In this document: positions 1-7,764 of the stretch, one piece after another
How the letters are laid out: each line of letters starts with the position of its first letter
Numbering within the stretch: position 1 is the stretch's first letter
Assembly: GCA_963705225.1 (NCBI GenBank)
Contig: OY970060.1
Span: 636,501-668,500 of the forward strand
Source: an uncultured Acidobacteriota bacterium
Lineage (GTDB): Bacteria > Acidobacteriota > Blastocatellia > Pyrinomonadales > Pyrinomonadaceae
Length of the DNA: 32,000 bases
Reading direction: 5' to 3'
The notes under the pieces: model-generated
Database searches by the model: none
What the model saw: the letters and a program-made list of their open reading frames with translations, nothing else
Told to the model about the DNA's origin: nothing
Position numbers and translations under genes: made by a program

Positions 1-593
1 GAAAGCGCCCCCAGATTGGCTTCCGTATCGTTTATCGAAACCAGATCATTTTCAGTTAAATTTTCATTGATAAACTTATTTAGAAACCGGGTAGATAGGT
101 CTAACCCCTGCAGGCTGAATCTTTGATACGAGGTGATTCTAACGTCTGAAATATAATTGTTGTTGATAAAAGCGGTCAGTTTAATATTCGGATTAGAGAC
201 GATAAAAACCAGAGTTCTTTTTACCTGATGAAGCTTAATCCCTTTTGTTTCCGCTGCTTCCGCTTCAGCTGCCGCATTTTTTCTGCTGACAATTATCGGG
301 ACGAACGAAAAAAACTCGATCGGCCTGACTTTTCCGCCCTCGACCAGCTCAAAATCATCGACCGTTAAATCCTTGATGACGTTCCCTTTTTTATCCTTCA
401 CAATGGCTTCTATCTGCACCAGCTTCGTATCCACACGAATTAGGTCTTCTTCCGCCGGGGGTGTCGGGGTCGGGTTTTGGGCAAAGATAGATAGAGTAAA
501 AATGCCGGTTCCTAATAATAGGCAAAGCAGTGCCTCAGACAATGCAGAAAATTGCCGGGGACTGATCTTAAAAATCGCCTTTTTCCTTAACAT
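1..593 (-). CDS. Secreted VWFA-related protein, N-terminal part (gene continues beyond the left window edge)
   Basis: This gene is absent from the ORF track because it is open at the window edge. Hand translation of the reverse strand from the ATG at 593-591 gives MLRKKAIFKISPRQFSALSEALLCLLLGTGIFTLSIFAQNPTPTPPAEEDLIRVDTKLVQIEAIVKDKKGNVIKDLTVDDFELVEGGKVRPIEFFSF... with no stop down to position 1. It has a signal-like N-terminus. The following 'V..V.V.D..G..V.DL...DF.L.E.G...I..F' opening matches what I recall for the acidobacterial VWFA-related family (TIGR03436-type). Confidence 0.6.
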   Translation of the reverse strand, partial: MLRKKAIFKISPRQFSALSEALLCLLLGTGIFTLSIFAQNPTPTPPAEEDLIRVDTKLVQIEAIVKDKKGNVIKDLTVDDFELVEGGKVRPIEFFSFVPIIVSRKNAAAEAEAAETKGIKLHQVKRTLVFIVSNPNIKLTAFINNNYISDVRITSYQRFSLQGLDLSTRFLNKFINENLTENDLVSINDTEANLGAL

Positions 594-674
594 CTTATTT
601 GCAGGTGGTAATTTTTCCGAACGCGTAATTTTATCCTATTCAGACCAATACCTATAAAATGAAATAGATGATTG

Positions 675-848
675 TAATGAGGTCAGTACCGGGAACGTAG
701 TGACCGGCTTTGAGCGCCAGCGAATAAAACTAAACAGCCTGCCACAGGATACATGCGCTCCCAGGTCTTTGCCCGACAGGTGCCTGCTTGAGAAAGTTAC
801 TCGCTTCGCTCGTGAGCCAGTCACTGCGTTCCCGGTACCGACCTCATA
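675..848. repeat. REP-A inverted pair (MITE-like, ~175 bp)
   Basis: The arm taatgaggtcagtaccgggaacgtagtgaccggct (675-709) is nearly the reverse complement of gagccagtcactgcgttcccggtaccgacctcata (814-848). The same motif recurs at 20892-21063 and 22216-22343. Confidence 0.85.
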
Positions 849-920
849 CCCACACCGAGTCGTTTTCAAAACTGATCCACTACCGAAGTGCGATGTGCTG
901 ATTTTTTTTTAATCGGGCTG

Positions 921-1028
921 CCGCATAAGCAAGGGCGCCTTTATACGCCTGAAATGCGCCTCCCTGACGGTCGGGCTACTGACGCTGCTTTACCGACCCC
1001 GGCAACTCAAATTAGGACACTACCCAAT
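921..1028. repeat. REP-B element
   Basis: The segment agcaagggcgcc...cgcctgaaatgcgcctccctgacggtcgggctactgac...caaattaggacactaccc is homologous to 28235-28340 (gcaagggcgctt...cgcctgaaatgcgccctccctgacggtcaggctactgac...caaattaagacactaacc). Confidence 0.85.
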
Positions 1029-1098
1029 ATCTCTATTCCTCAGTATCCTTGTTTCATCCCCTTTGCGCCTTTGCGGATAAGATTTTATCCCACAAAGA

Positions 1099-1562
1099 TA
1101 ACCCTGACAAAAAGACCGCGACCACGGTAACTTCCATAAACCACACTAAAAGTTTTGCGTCAGTCGAAGTAAGATGATGGGGCGACGCCTCGCAGGCCGA
1201 TCTTTGACAGTTTCTATTTTGTACCATTATTCGAAAAATAGCGTTCCAAAAGCGTTTCAAAAGCGTTCCAGGTATTTCAGTATTACAGCCGCGAGGGTGA
1301 AAACCTTAGAATGCCCGGGCTATGCCAGGGCGTGCGAAAACAAAATAAAAGGTAATCCTGACAAAAAAGCCTGTTTCTACGGTAACTCCATAACAACACT
1401 AAAAGTTTTGCCTCGCAGGCCGATCTTTGACAGTTTCTATTTCGTACCATTATTCCAAAAATAGCGTTCCAAAAGCGTTCCAGGTGTTTCAGTGTTACAG
1501 CCGCGAGAGGGTGAAACACTTTAAATGCCTGGGCTATACCGGGGCGCGCGAAAACTAAATGG
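1099..1562. repeat. Tandem duplication of a non-coding unit (unit 1 at 1099-1352, 254 bp; unit 2 at 1353-1562, 210 bp)
   Basis: By hand alignment, both units start taaYcctgacaaaaa and end gcgaaaac(a/t)aaat..gg. They share long identical blocks such as cctcgcaggccgatctttgacagtttctattt and agcgttccaaaagcgttccagg. Unit 1 carries a 29-bp insertion (gtcagtcgaagtaagatgatggggcgacg) and one extra 11-bp repeat. Confidence 0.9.
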
Positions 1563-1588
1563 CGTATAATTCGTAGTACCTACTACTA

Positions 1589-3058
1589 ATGGAAGAAATC
1601 GAGTTAATTGAACCTATGCCCGATGGCGAAGAAGTGATCGTTACCGCACCATCTGACCAAGCCGCACCGAAGAAATACGACCGTTCGATCGTCGAAGGCC
1701 CGCTCGGCAGCGCCGTCTGGAAGATCGCGTGGCCGGCGATCCTGACAAATTTATTCAGCGGCCTGCAGGGCTGGGTCGATCAGATCATGGTCGGCAATCT
1801 GATCGGTTACCAGGCGAACGCCGCGATCGGATTGGCTTTCCAGATATTCCTGGTGGTGATCGTGTTTATTTCGTCGATCTTTATCGGCATGAGCGTGATG
1901 GTCGCGCGTTTTGCCGGGGCCAACGACCACGAAAAGGTTAATCGCACCGTCTATCAGGGGTTTCTCACCGCGATCGTTATGTCGCTGGGGATACTGGCGC
2001 CGATCGGTTATTTCTCGGCGCCTTACCTGCTCAGAATGGTCAGCTCCGACGCGGCAGTACTGGCGGAGGCGCTTCCGTTTCTGCGGATAATGTTCGTTTT
2101 CAGCATCGGGATGCTGATCTATTTTCTGCTCAGCGGCGCGCTCCGCTCAGCCGGTGACGCGCGGACGCCGATGGTGCTGGGCGTGGTGATGACCGTGCTG
2201 AATCTTATCTTCAATATCATTTTAATTCGCGGCCTGGGGCCGATACCCGCATTCGGCACCGCCGGGGCGGCGATCGGAACCTGCCTGGCGGCCGGAATAG
2301 TCGGAGTTTATTCTCTCTGGCGGCTGACTGCCGGGGGCTGGGTGGTTTCTTTTCCAAAAAGCGGCTATGCGCCCGACTGGAAAGTGATCAGACAGCTTTT
2401 TAAATTCGGGCTTCCCGCCGGGATCCAGGGCATCGCGATGAACGTCGGCGGCGTGATGATGTACTGGTTCATGGGTTCGCTGGCAAACAGCGCGGCGGCG
2501 CAGGCCGCTTATGCGGTGTCTTACGGCCAGCTATTTTTGCTGATCACCTGGTCGTCCAACGCGCTGATGGGAGCGTCGGCCACCGTCGCCGGACAAAATC
2601 TGGGTGCGGGTAACCCCGACCGCGCCAATGCGGCCGTTCACACTGCCGCCCGGATCGGTCTTACGGGAGCGGCTTTCGCCGGGATCTTTTTCTTTTTCTT
2701 TCCCGCTCAATTGCTCGGAATTTTCGGCATGAGAGAGCCCGCGGTGGTCGAGATCGGCATCCAGTTACTGCGGGTGCTCAGTGTTTCGGGGCTGTTTATC
2801 GCCGGGGCGCTGGCGTACACCGGCGGCCTGCAGGGCACTGGCGACACCAAAAGCCCGCTTTACATTTCGATCATCTCGCAGGTGGTGCTTCCGCTCGGCA
2901 TCTGTTTTGTCATCTCAAAAATCATGACGCTCGATCCGATACATATCTGGCTGGCGATCCTGGCCGGCCACATGACGCGCTGCGCGCTCAGCTTCCTCCG
3001 GTTCAACCAGGGCAAATGGCGTTCGATCAAAGTCGATCTCGAACACACAGCGGCTTAA
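1589..3058 (+). CDS. MATE family efflux transporter
   Basis: The 489-aa ORF is hydrophobic along its whole length. The N-terminal block VWKIAWPAILTNLFSGLQGWVDQIMVGNLIG matches the classic MATE/NorM opening motif. A second half-repeat block is LFKFGLPAGIQGIAMNVGGVMM. Confidence 0.9.
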   Translation: MEEIELIEPMPDGEEVIVTAPSDQAAPKKYDRSIVEGPLGSAVWKIAWPAILTNLFSGLQGWVDQIMVGNLIGYQANAAIGLAFQIFLVVIVFISSIFIGMSVMVARFAGANDHEKVNRTVYQGFLTAIVMSLGILAPIGYFSAPYLLRMVSSDAAVLAEALPFLRIMFVFSIGMLIYFLLSGALRSAGDARTPMVLGVVMTVLNLIFNIILIRGLGPIPAFGTAGAAIGTCLAAGIVGVYSLWRLTAGGWVVSFPKSGYAPDWKVIRQLFKFGLPAGIQGIAMNVGGVMMYWFMGSLANSAAAQAAYAVSYGQLFLLITWSSNALMGASATVAGQNLGAGNPDRANAAVHTAARIGLTGAAFAGIFFFFFPAQLLGIFGMREPAVVEIGIQLLRVLSVSGLFIAGALAYTGGLQGTGDTKSPLYISIISQVVLPLGICFVISKIMTLDPIHIWLAILAGHMTRCALSFLRFNQGKWRSIKVDLEHTAA

Positions 3059-3070
3059 GATAAGCGTTCT

Positions 3071-3125
3071 AAGTCACGCCTTCGGGCGGCTCTTCGTTCA
3101 GAGTTCAAGCTTTAGCTTGTCTTAA
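3071..3125. repeat. REP-C element
   Basis: The sequence aagtcacgccttcgggcggctcttcgttcagagttcaagctttagcttgtctta shares the core cggcggct(t)cttcgttcagagttcaa with 3831-3882 and 8401-8452. It shares the gagttcaagctttagcttgtctta arm with 24244-24310. Confidence 0.8.
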
Positions 3126-3136
3126 TACTATTGCAG

Positions 3137-3640
3137 TTATTTAGGGCAAGGAGGTGTACTGCTCCATTCCGTCCCTGAATTTTTATACCCGGGGCCGAGC
3201 GGGCCTGCCGTCACGACATTATAATCGCGGTCAACCGCTACCGAATGAATATATGGTTGAAAAGCGTTAGGATTTGTTACGCCTATGACACCCCGCCACA
3301 TCTCTGTGCCGGTCGCGCCGGAGACTTTAACTACCGACCTGTTCCAGGCGGCTACCACGAATACGTCACCATTAGAATCTATTGCCAGATCTTCAATGGG
3401 ATCGGAAAAGGCCCCGAAACGCCAGATCACACTTCCATCCGCTTTAGACATTTTGACCACTTCGGACCCGTTGATACTTCCGATCGCAATGATATCTCCG
3501 GCAGCATCTACGACAACGGCTTCCGCTCTGCTGCCGCAGCCGTTACAGGGAGATATTATCCGTTCCCATGCCAAAGCATCAGACGGCAAAAAAGACAAAT
3601 TGCATAGTACTAGAAAAAAGAGGATTTTTGGCTTACTCAT
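3137..3640 (-). CDS. Small secreted beta-propeller-repeat protein (hypothetical)
   Basis: The 167-aa ORF has a signal peptide, MSKPKILFFLVLCNLSFLPSDALA. It then has three similar ~40-aa repeats (DAAGDIIAIGS..., DSNGDVFVVAA..., VDRDYNVVTAG...) resembling PQQ/SBBP-type propeller blades. The protein is too short to form a full propeller. Confidence 0.6.
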   Translation of the reverse strand: MSKPKILFFLVLCNLSFLPSDALAWERIISPCNGCGSRAEAVVVDAAGDIIAIGSINGSEVVKMSKADGSVIWRFGAFSDPIEDLAIDSNGDVFVVAAWNRSVVKVSGATGTEMWRGVIGVTNPNAFQPYIHSVAVDRDYNVVTAGPLGPGYKNSGTEWSSTPPCPK

Positions 3641-3780
3641 TGTAGGTTCTCCTTGAAGAATATGGGAAAAGTAAGGAGCTATCCATCACCGTCGCTAATC
3701 GGGTAATACCAGGCTCCCGAAAAATTAACCGTTTATTATTGGGGAACTCAATATATACCCTTACAACAGTGATGTAAAGA

Positions 3781-3828
3781 GTTTGTGAGCGCAGCGGCAC
3801 GCCAAAAAGCCGATTTGAGATAGGATAA
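3781..3828 (+). pseudogene. Relic 3' end (last 15 codons plus stop) of an ArsR-type regulator paralogous to 7765..8397
   Basis: The fragment gtttgtgagcgcagcggcacgccaaaaagccgatttgagataggataa translates to VCERSGTPKSRFEIG*. The intact gene ends VCDRTGAPKCRFEIG* (8350-8397). By hand count, 44 of 51 nucleotides are identical. An in-frame TAA lies 6 nt upstream (3775-3777), so only the tail survives. Confidence 0.75.
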
Positions 3829-3830
3829 GT

Positions 3831-3882
3831 TAAGCCCCGTCCTTCAGGCGGCTTCTTCGTTCAGAGTTCAAATCTCAGCAGG
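3831..3882. repeat. REP-C element
   Basis: The sequence taagccccgtccttcaggcggcttcttcgttcagagttcaaatctcagcagg has the same core and orientation as 3071-3125 and 8401-8452. Confidence 0.8.
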
Positions 3883-4064
3883 CCGACCTTCCGCGCGCCG
3901 CCAGACCGAATAAAGTTCGTAAATAACAGCTGCCAGTGAGCGGTTTCTATTTTAACTTTTCTTTTTGGTAATTTCTGTATATAATTCCACCGCTCCTACA
4001 ACTATTTAATGTTTTAACACTCTGTTCGCCGCCTTGTCTGCGAACTCCCATAAAGTATAAATAT

Positions 4065-7000
4065 ATGAGCGAAACTGCCCACAAATTAGTTAAAGGCGTT
4101 AAAAGTGTAGGAGATTTTCTTGGCGATGCATTCGATGCTTTTAAGGATAGCAAGTTTATTGAAACAATCGAAAAAGCTTCTCCATGGCTCGGGCTGGTTG
4201 GTGAGGCCGGGGCCGAAGCACTTCCCCCTCTTAAATTTGTCACTAAAATCGCCAATGAATTCTTAAAAGAAACTGATCCTGAAAAAATAGGTTTTACCGC
4301 GTGTACTATCGCTTTTCAAAACTCAGTAGTAACTGCATTTAAGAAGATCGGCGGCCCGGCCGGGGAAAAGCAAGCGATCAAAAAAGCCAAAGAACAACTA
4401 AAAGAAGTTGAAAATTTTGATGAGGTCGATGTAGGGACACTTAAACTCGATAATGCTTTAAATCATGAATTTTATATAAAGTCCCTTCTGTGCTTTGAAG
4501 TTGCTGCCAAAAATGTCGGATATGTCGATAGCCAGGTTGAAGATCTAACCTTAATAATTCAGGAAAATTTCATCCATTCTCTTATAAAACTTCTATCTGA
4601 CGGCTCTGATAAAGATAAATTCCGGTCGTTTAAGGACTATCTGAAATTAGGCGGTCCGGAAGAAAAAAATGTCAGAAAGATGTTGGCGCAGCACGCCAAC
4701 TACCAAAGATGGTTGTTCGAGCAGGAGGCGGTGCTAAAAGTTTCGCCCTTTGCCTTAAAGCACATTTACGTCGATACCGACTGCAAGAAAACGACCTGGG
4801 GCGAGATGGACGGCTCCCGTGACAAACGGGCGGGTTTTCTTAGTGATGATCGCGCGGATCGGGAGCCGCTGCTGGAAACGGTCATCGACTTGATAAAATC
4901 TCCGGATCTGAAAGACGCCATCATCATTCAGGGCACCGCGGGTTCCGGCAAATCTTCGTTCACTCTAAAACTTTACGATGAATTATTAGAGCGCCGGCTG
5001 CATCCGATCCGTGTGCGGATCAAAGACCTTAGCTTCAGTTCCACGCTCGATATCAGGGACGACCTGCCGAAATCCATCAGATTCGGAGAAGGAGAAGATT
5101 CTAAGGATGAGCGATTGGACGAGAAAACTTTATTTTTGGACGGCCGGATTTTCGATGAACGAGGCGTGGGTGAATTTTCGCATATCAGCAAATACGTGAT
5201 CATTTTGGACGGCTGGGATGAAATCAATCTTTCCAACGAAGGGTTTAAGAATAAAGTTGCGCGAATGCTAAACCAGATCAATGACAGCTTCCTGCGCCGC
5301 GCTAACCCTCGTGTCCGCGTGATCCTGACCGGACGGCCGTCGAGCGATCTTGGCGATACCCAATGTCTCCGCGCTAATTCCCCTTTCCTGAATATTCCCC
5401 GGCTTACCCCCGAACAGCTGCGAAGCTATATTGCGGGTCTGAGAAACGCGGTCAATGCAAAGAAACCACCGATCCCGCGCACCGAATTAACGGAAAGTTG
5501 GATAGTTCCGGACGACGAGCGCTTCGAACCGATGATCAGGCAGTACGAAAAGGCGTTTGACAACCAGGGACAAAACGAATCGAGCGCGCTGGATATTTTA
5601 GGGCTTCCCTTGCTTGCCCATTTGACCGTTCGCCTGGTCGCCGAGTGGGAAGGCGATCTGACGCCGCTGCTGGAAAACCCAACCACGCTGTATCGGCACC
5701 TGATCGATCTGACCTGTAAGGAAGCCGGAAAAGTAGGTGACGAGAGTCAGGGTCAATATAAGATATACGGAGAATCGCTCAGGAGCCTGCTCTGGCAAAC
5801 CGCGCACGCGATCACCTTATCCGGCAGCGAAAACATCTCGCGTCTGGAATTGATCTCGCGCCTTAATATGGAAGACGGTGTTTTCGACAAAACCCTCACC
5901 GAACTGGAAAAGGAAAATAAACTATCTTCGCTGCTGATCAGTTTTTATTTTAAGGGCGGGCTTTCCCACCTCGGCTGTGAATTTGCTCATAAATCTTTCC
6001 GCGAATATCTTTTTGCTGAGGCGGTAATAGAGGCTTTAAAAAAGTACGGCCGGGATCAAAAGACCGTGCTGCCGCCGCGAGCAAACTACTGGGAAGATTT
6101 TCCGGAAACGATACAGAACGATTACAGGTTCCGGCTTTCCCGTGAGCTTGCAATGCTGCTCTCCCCGCAGTGGATAGTGCCGGAAGTGGCAAATCATTTG
6201 CGGCAGCTGATCAAATGGGAAATCGGGCGCACCCTCAACCCGGAGAAAGCAAAACAGCCGGGCATGCCAACCGCCGCCCTGACCCTGGAAGAATGGGGCC
6301 ATATCAGAAACGGGCTGACCGACCTGTGGGAATGGTGGGGCGAGGGCGTTCATTTGCGTCCGCAAAGGTCCCGGAATCAGTACACGGGCGCGGTCGAATT
6401 AGGAGACATTGCCTATGTCAATAACCTGATAAGGTGGAGCGCCCCGCGCGATGAGCGTATCCAGAACTGGGCGCCCGCCAGAACTGCGGCGGTGGACGCG
6501 CATCTGGGAGACGGGCTATTCCTGCTTTGCACCGCGGTTTACGCCGAAATGACATTTACCGATGCGGAAGAAAAGCTTAGGGAAATGGAATCAAAGCCCT
6601 ATCGATCTGTCAGGGAGGTAACCGGCAAGATAATTCTTTCCTTTAAACCATCGGGCGAGCATAGGGGTTATTTCCAAAATTATTCCCATAGAATAAACGG
6701 TGCCGGCTGGAGGCCGGACGGACAGTTCCCTCGTAAGTGTCATATAAAATTTACTGATTTTGAGTGGTGCAATTTATATTTAAGCTGCTTTGACCATACA
6801 CAGGCAGGTCATGCCCGCTTTCGAAATGCCATCGCCGGTAATGCCTCTTTTTGGAAATCAGACTTAGAAAGCGCTGATTTTCAAGGCGCAAGTTTGTTAT
6901 ACACTGACTTTTTAGCGAGTAATCTCTGGAATGGGAATTTCGTTAATACCGATCTTGATTATACAAATTTAAGAGAGGTAACAATTCTTAATGCAAACTT

Positions 7001-7175
7001 TGAAGGATCGAGGTGGGAGCAAGTCAGACTTGAAGATGCAGAAATAGACTTTACGGTAACGAAGGTGGACGGTTTCGAAAGTTCCGTATTCGATTCAGTC
7101 CGTTTCAATGGACAAAGCATGTCACGAGAAAAACTCTTTAAACAACTGGAAGAACAGGAAGAAAACCCGGATTAA
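4065..7175 (+). CDS. NACHT-type STAND NTPase with an unassigned N-terminal helical domain and a C-terminal pentapeptide-repeat domain
   Basis: This is a 1036-aa ORF. Walker A is IIIQGTAGSGKSSF (nt 4932-4955 encode GTAGSGKS). Walker B is KYVIILDGWDEI (nt 5196-5222). NACHT-typical downstream motifs are RVILTGRPS, LGLPLLAHL and HKSFREYLFAEA (compare FxHxSFQEFLAA in NLRs). The C-terminus, from about nt 6765-7055, contains A(D/N)LxX-type pentapeptide repeats such as ADFQGASLLYTDFLASNLWNGNFVNTDLDYTNLREVTILNANFEGSRW. I could not assign aa 1-285 to any domain. Confidence 0.85.
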   Translation: MSETAHKLVKGVKSVGDFLGDAFDAFKDSKFIETIEKASPWLGLVGEAGAEALPPLKFVTKIANEFLKETDPEKIGFTACTIAFQNSVVTAFKKIGGPAGEKQAIKKAKEQLKEVENFDEVDVGTLKLDNALNHEFYIKSLLCFEVAAKNVGYVDSQVEDLTLIIQENFIHSLIKLLSDGSDKDKFRSFKDYLKLGGPEEKNVRKMLAQHANYQRWLFEQEAVLKVSPFALKHIYVDTDCKKTTWGEMDGSRDKRAGFLSDDRADREPLLETVIDLIKSPDLKDAIIIQGTAGSGKSSFTLKLYDELLERRLHPIRVRIKDLSFSSTLDIRDDLPKSIRFGEGEDSKDERLDEKTLFLDGRIFDERGVGEFSHISKYVIILDGWDEINLSNEGFKNKVARMLNQINDSFLRRANPRVRVILTGRPSSDLGDTQCLRANSPFLNIPRLTPEQLRSYIAGLRNAVNAKKPPIPRTELTESWIVPDDERFEPMIRQYEKAFDNQGQNESSALDILGLPLLAHLTVRLVAEWEGDLTPLLENPTTLYRHLIDLTCKEAGKVGDESQGQYKIYGESLRSLLWQTAHAITLSGSENISRLELISRLNMEDGVFDKTLTELEKENKLSSLLISFYFKGGLSHLGCEFAHKSFREYLFAEAVIEALKKYGRDQKTVLPPRANYWEDFPETIQNDYRFRLSRELAMLLSPQWIVPEVANHLRQLIKWEIGRTLNPEKAKQPGMPTAALTLEEWGHIRNGLTDLWEWWGEGVHLRPQRSRNQYTGAVELGDIAYVNNLIRWSAPRDERIQNWAPARTAAVDAHLGDGLFLLCTAVYAEMTFTDAEEKLREMESKPYRSVREVTGKIILSFKPSGEHRGYFQNYSHRINGAGWRPDGQFPRKCHIKFTDFEWCNLYLSCFDHTQAGHARFRNAIAGNASFWKSDLESADFQGASLLYTDFLASNLWNGNFVNTDLDYTNLREVTILNANFEGSRWEQVRLEDAEIDFTVTKVDGFESSVFDSVRFNGQSMSREKLFKQLEEQEENPD

Positions 7176-7208
7176 TTCGGGTTCCTCCTGTTTCCCAGTT
7201 TCAATTTC

Positions 7209-7610
7209 TTACCGCGCGAATCTTTCGCTTAATCTGCCCAGCGCCAGCGCGCCGAGCGCCAAGCCCAAGTCGCGCAGGGCAACGTCGAAATAGCCGGGTA
7301 TCAACAGCAGATTGATAATTATCACGATCAGCCAGGCCGAAACCACATAGGCAAAAATTCGCGGTTTTACGGCCACGCCAATGCCGGCGATTATTTCGAT
7401 CACGCCGACGGCCAGCATGAGCTCGTGCCCGCGGCCGCCCACCAGATTATTTACCACCGGCGGCACGTATTTGTCCCAGTCGGTCAGGATATGCAAAAAC
7501 TTGTCCAGGCCGGCCAGTATCGGCGCCACGATAAATCCGAATCTTAAGATCCAAAATGCCTGATATGCGGGGTCTTTCGTGCCCGCCGTATTTTCGATGA
7601 CTTCGCTCAT
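7209..7610 (-). CDS. Small integral membrane protein (DoxX-like, tentative)
   Basis: The 133-aa ORF has about four hydrophobic segments. The motif ILRFGFIVAPILAGLDKF and the C-terminal DVALRDLGLALGALALGRL resemble a small membrane-protein family I recall being annotated as DoxX-like. It is divergent from the ArsR-type regulator. Confidence 0.6.
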   Translation of the reverse strand: MSEVIENTAGTKDPAYQAFWILRFGFIVAPILAGLDKFLHILTDWDKYVPPVVNNLVGGRGHELMLAVGVIEIIAGIGVAVKPRIFAYVVSAWLIVIIINLLLIPGYFDVALRDLGLALGALALGRLSERFAR

Positions 7611-7686
7611 AAAAACATTTCCTCCCAGGTAGTGTAATTTTCAACTGCTTTTCGGTCCGGTATGTTTTTATCGTAGTAAAACTTAA

Positions 7687-7718
7687 TTAATAAGTCAAAT
7701 AAGTCATTGACTTATTAA
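7687..7718. promoter_or_regulatory. Candidate operator: perfect 12-bp inverted repeat in the divergent promoter region
   Basis: The site reads TTAATAAGTCAA (7687-7698), ataagtca, TTGACTTATTAA (7707-7718). Each arm contains a TTGACT hexamer that could act as a -35 for one of the two divergent genes. On the + strand the arrangement is TTGACT-17 nt-TTTTAT; on the - strand it is TTGACT-17 nt-TACGAT. Confidence 0.5.
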
Positions 7719-7764
7719 AATGAATGGTCTTTTATGTTAGAATATTCCCGGTGCTTAAAAAGCT

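Noticed and set aside
636-1130. Track ORFs 636..869 (-), 700..912 (+) and 888..1130 (+).
   Set aside because: They are built almost entirely from REP-A and REP-B repeat sequence, for example ...LPDGRATD... from the REP-B core. They have no SD and no family resemblance.
1240-1270. A sigma-54 promoter on the minus strand (TGGAACGCTTTTGAAACGC...).
   Set aside because: The -24 GG is present, but the required GC at the -12 position (TGGCACG-N4-TTGCW spacing) is not; the aligned bases are GA or AA.
1054-1519. Paired ORFs 1054..1260 (-) and 1283..1519 (-), and 1174..1464 (+), which share peptide blocks such as ERFWNAIF.IMV.NRNCQRSACEA.
   Set aside because: The shared peptides simply reflect the tandem DNA duplication. 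The substitutions and indels between the two units do not preserve a reading frame, and the 29-bp and 11-bp indels break it.
1099-1588. A riboswitch (for example ykkC/guanidine-type) upstream of the MATE transporter.
   Set aside because: I could not find the conserved ykkC-type core blocks as I remember them. The differences between the two units show no convincing compensatory base-pair changes in the candidate stems. An Infernal/Rfam scan would be decisive.
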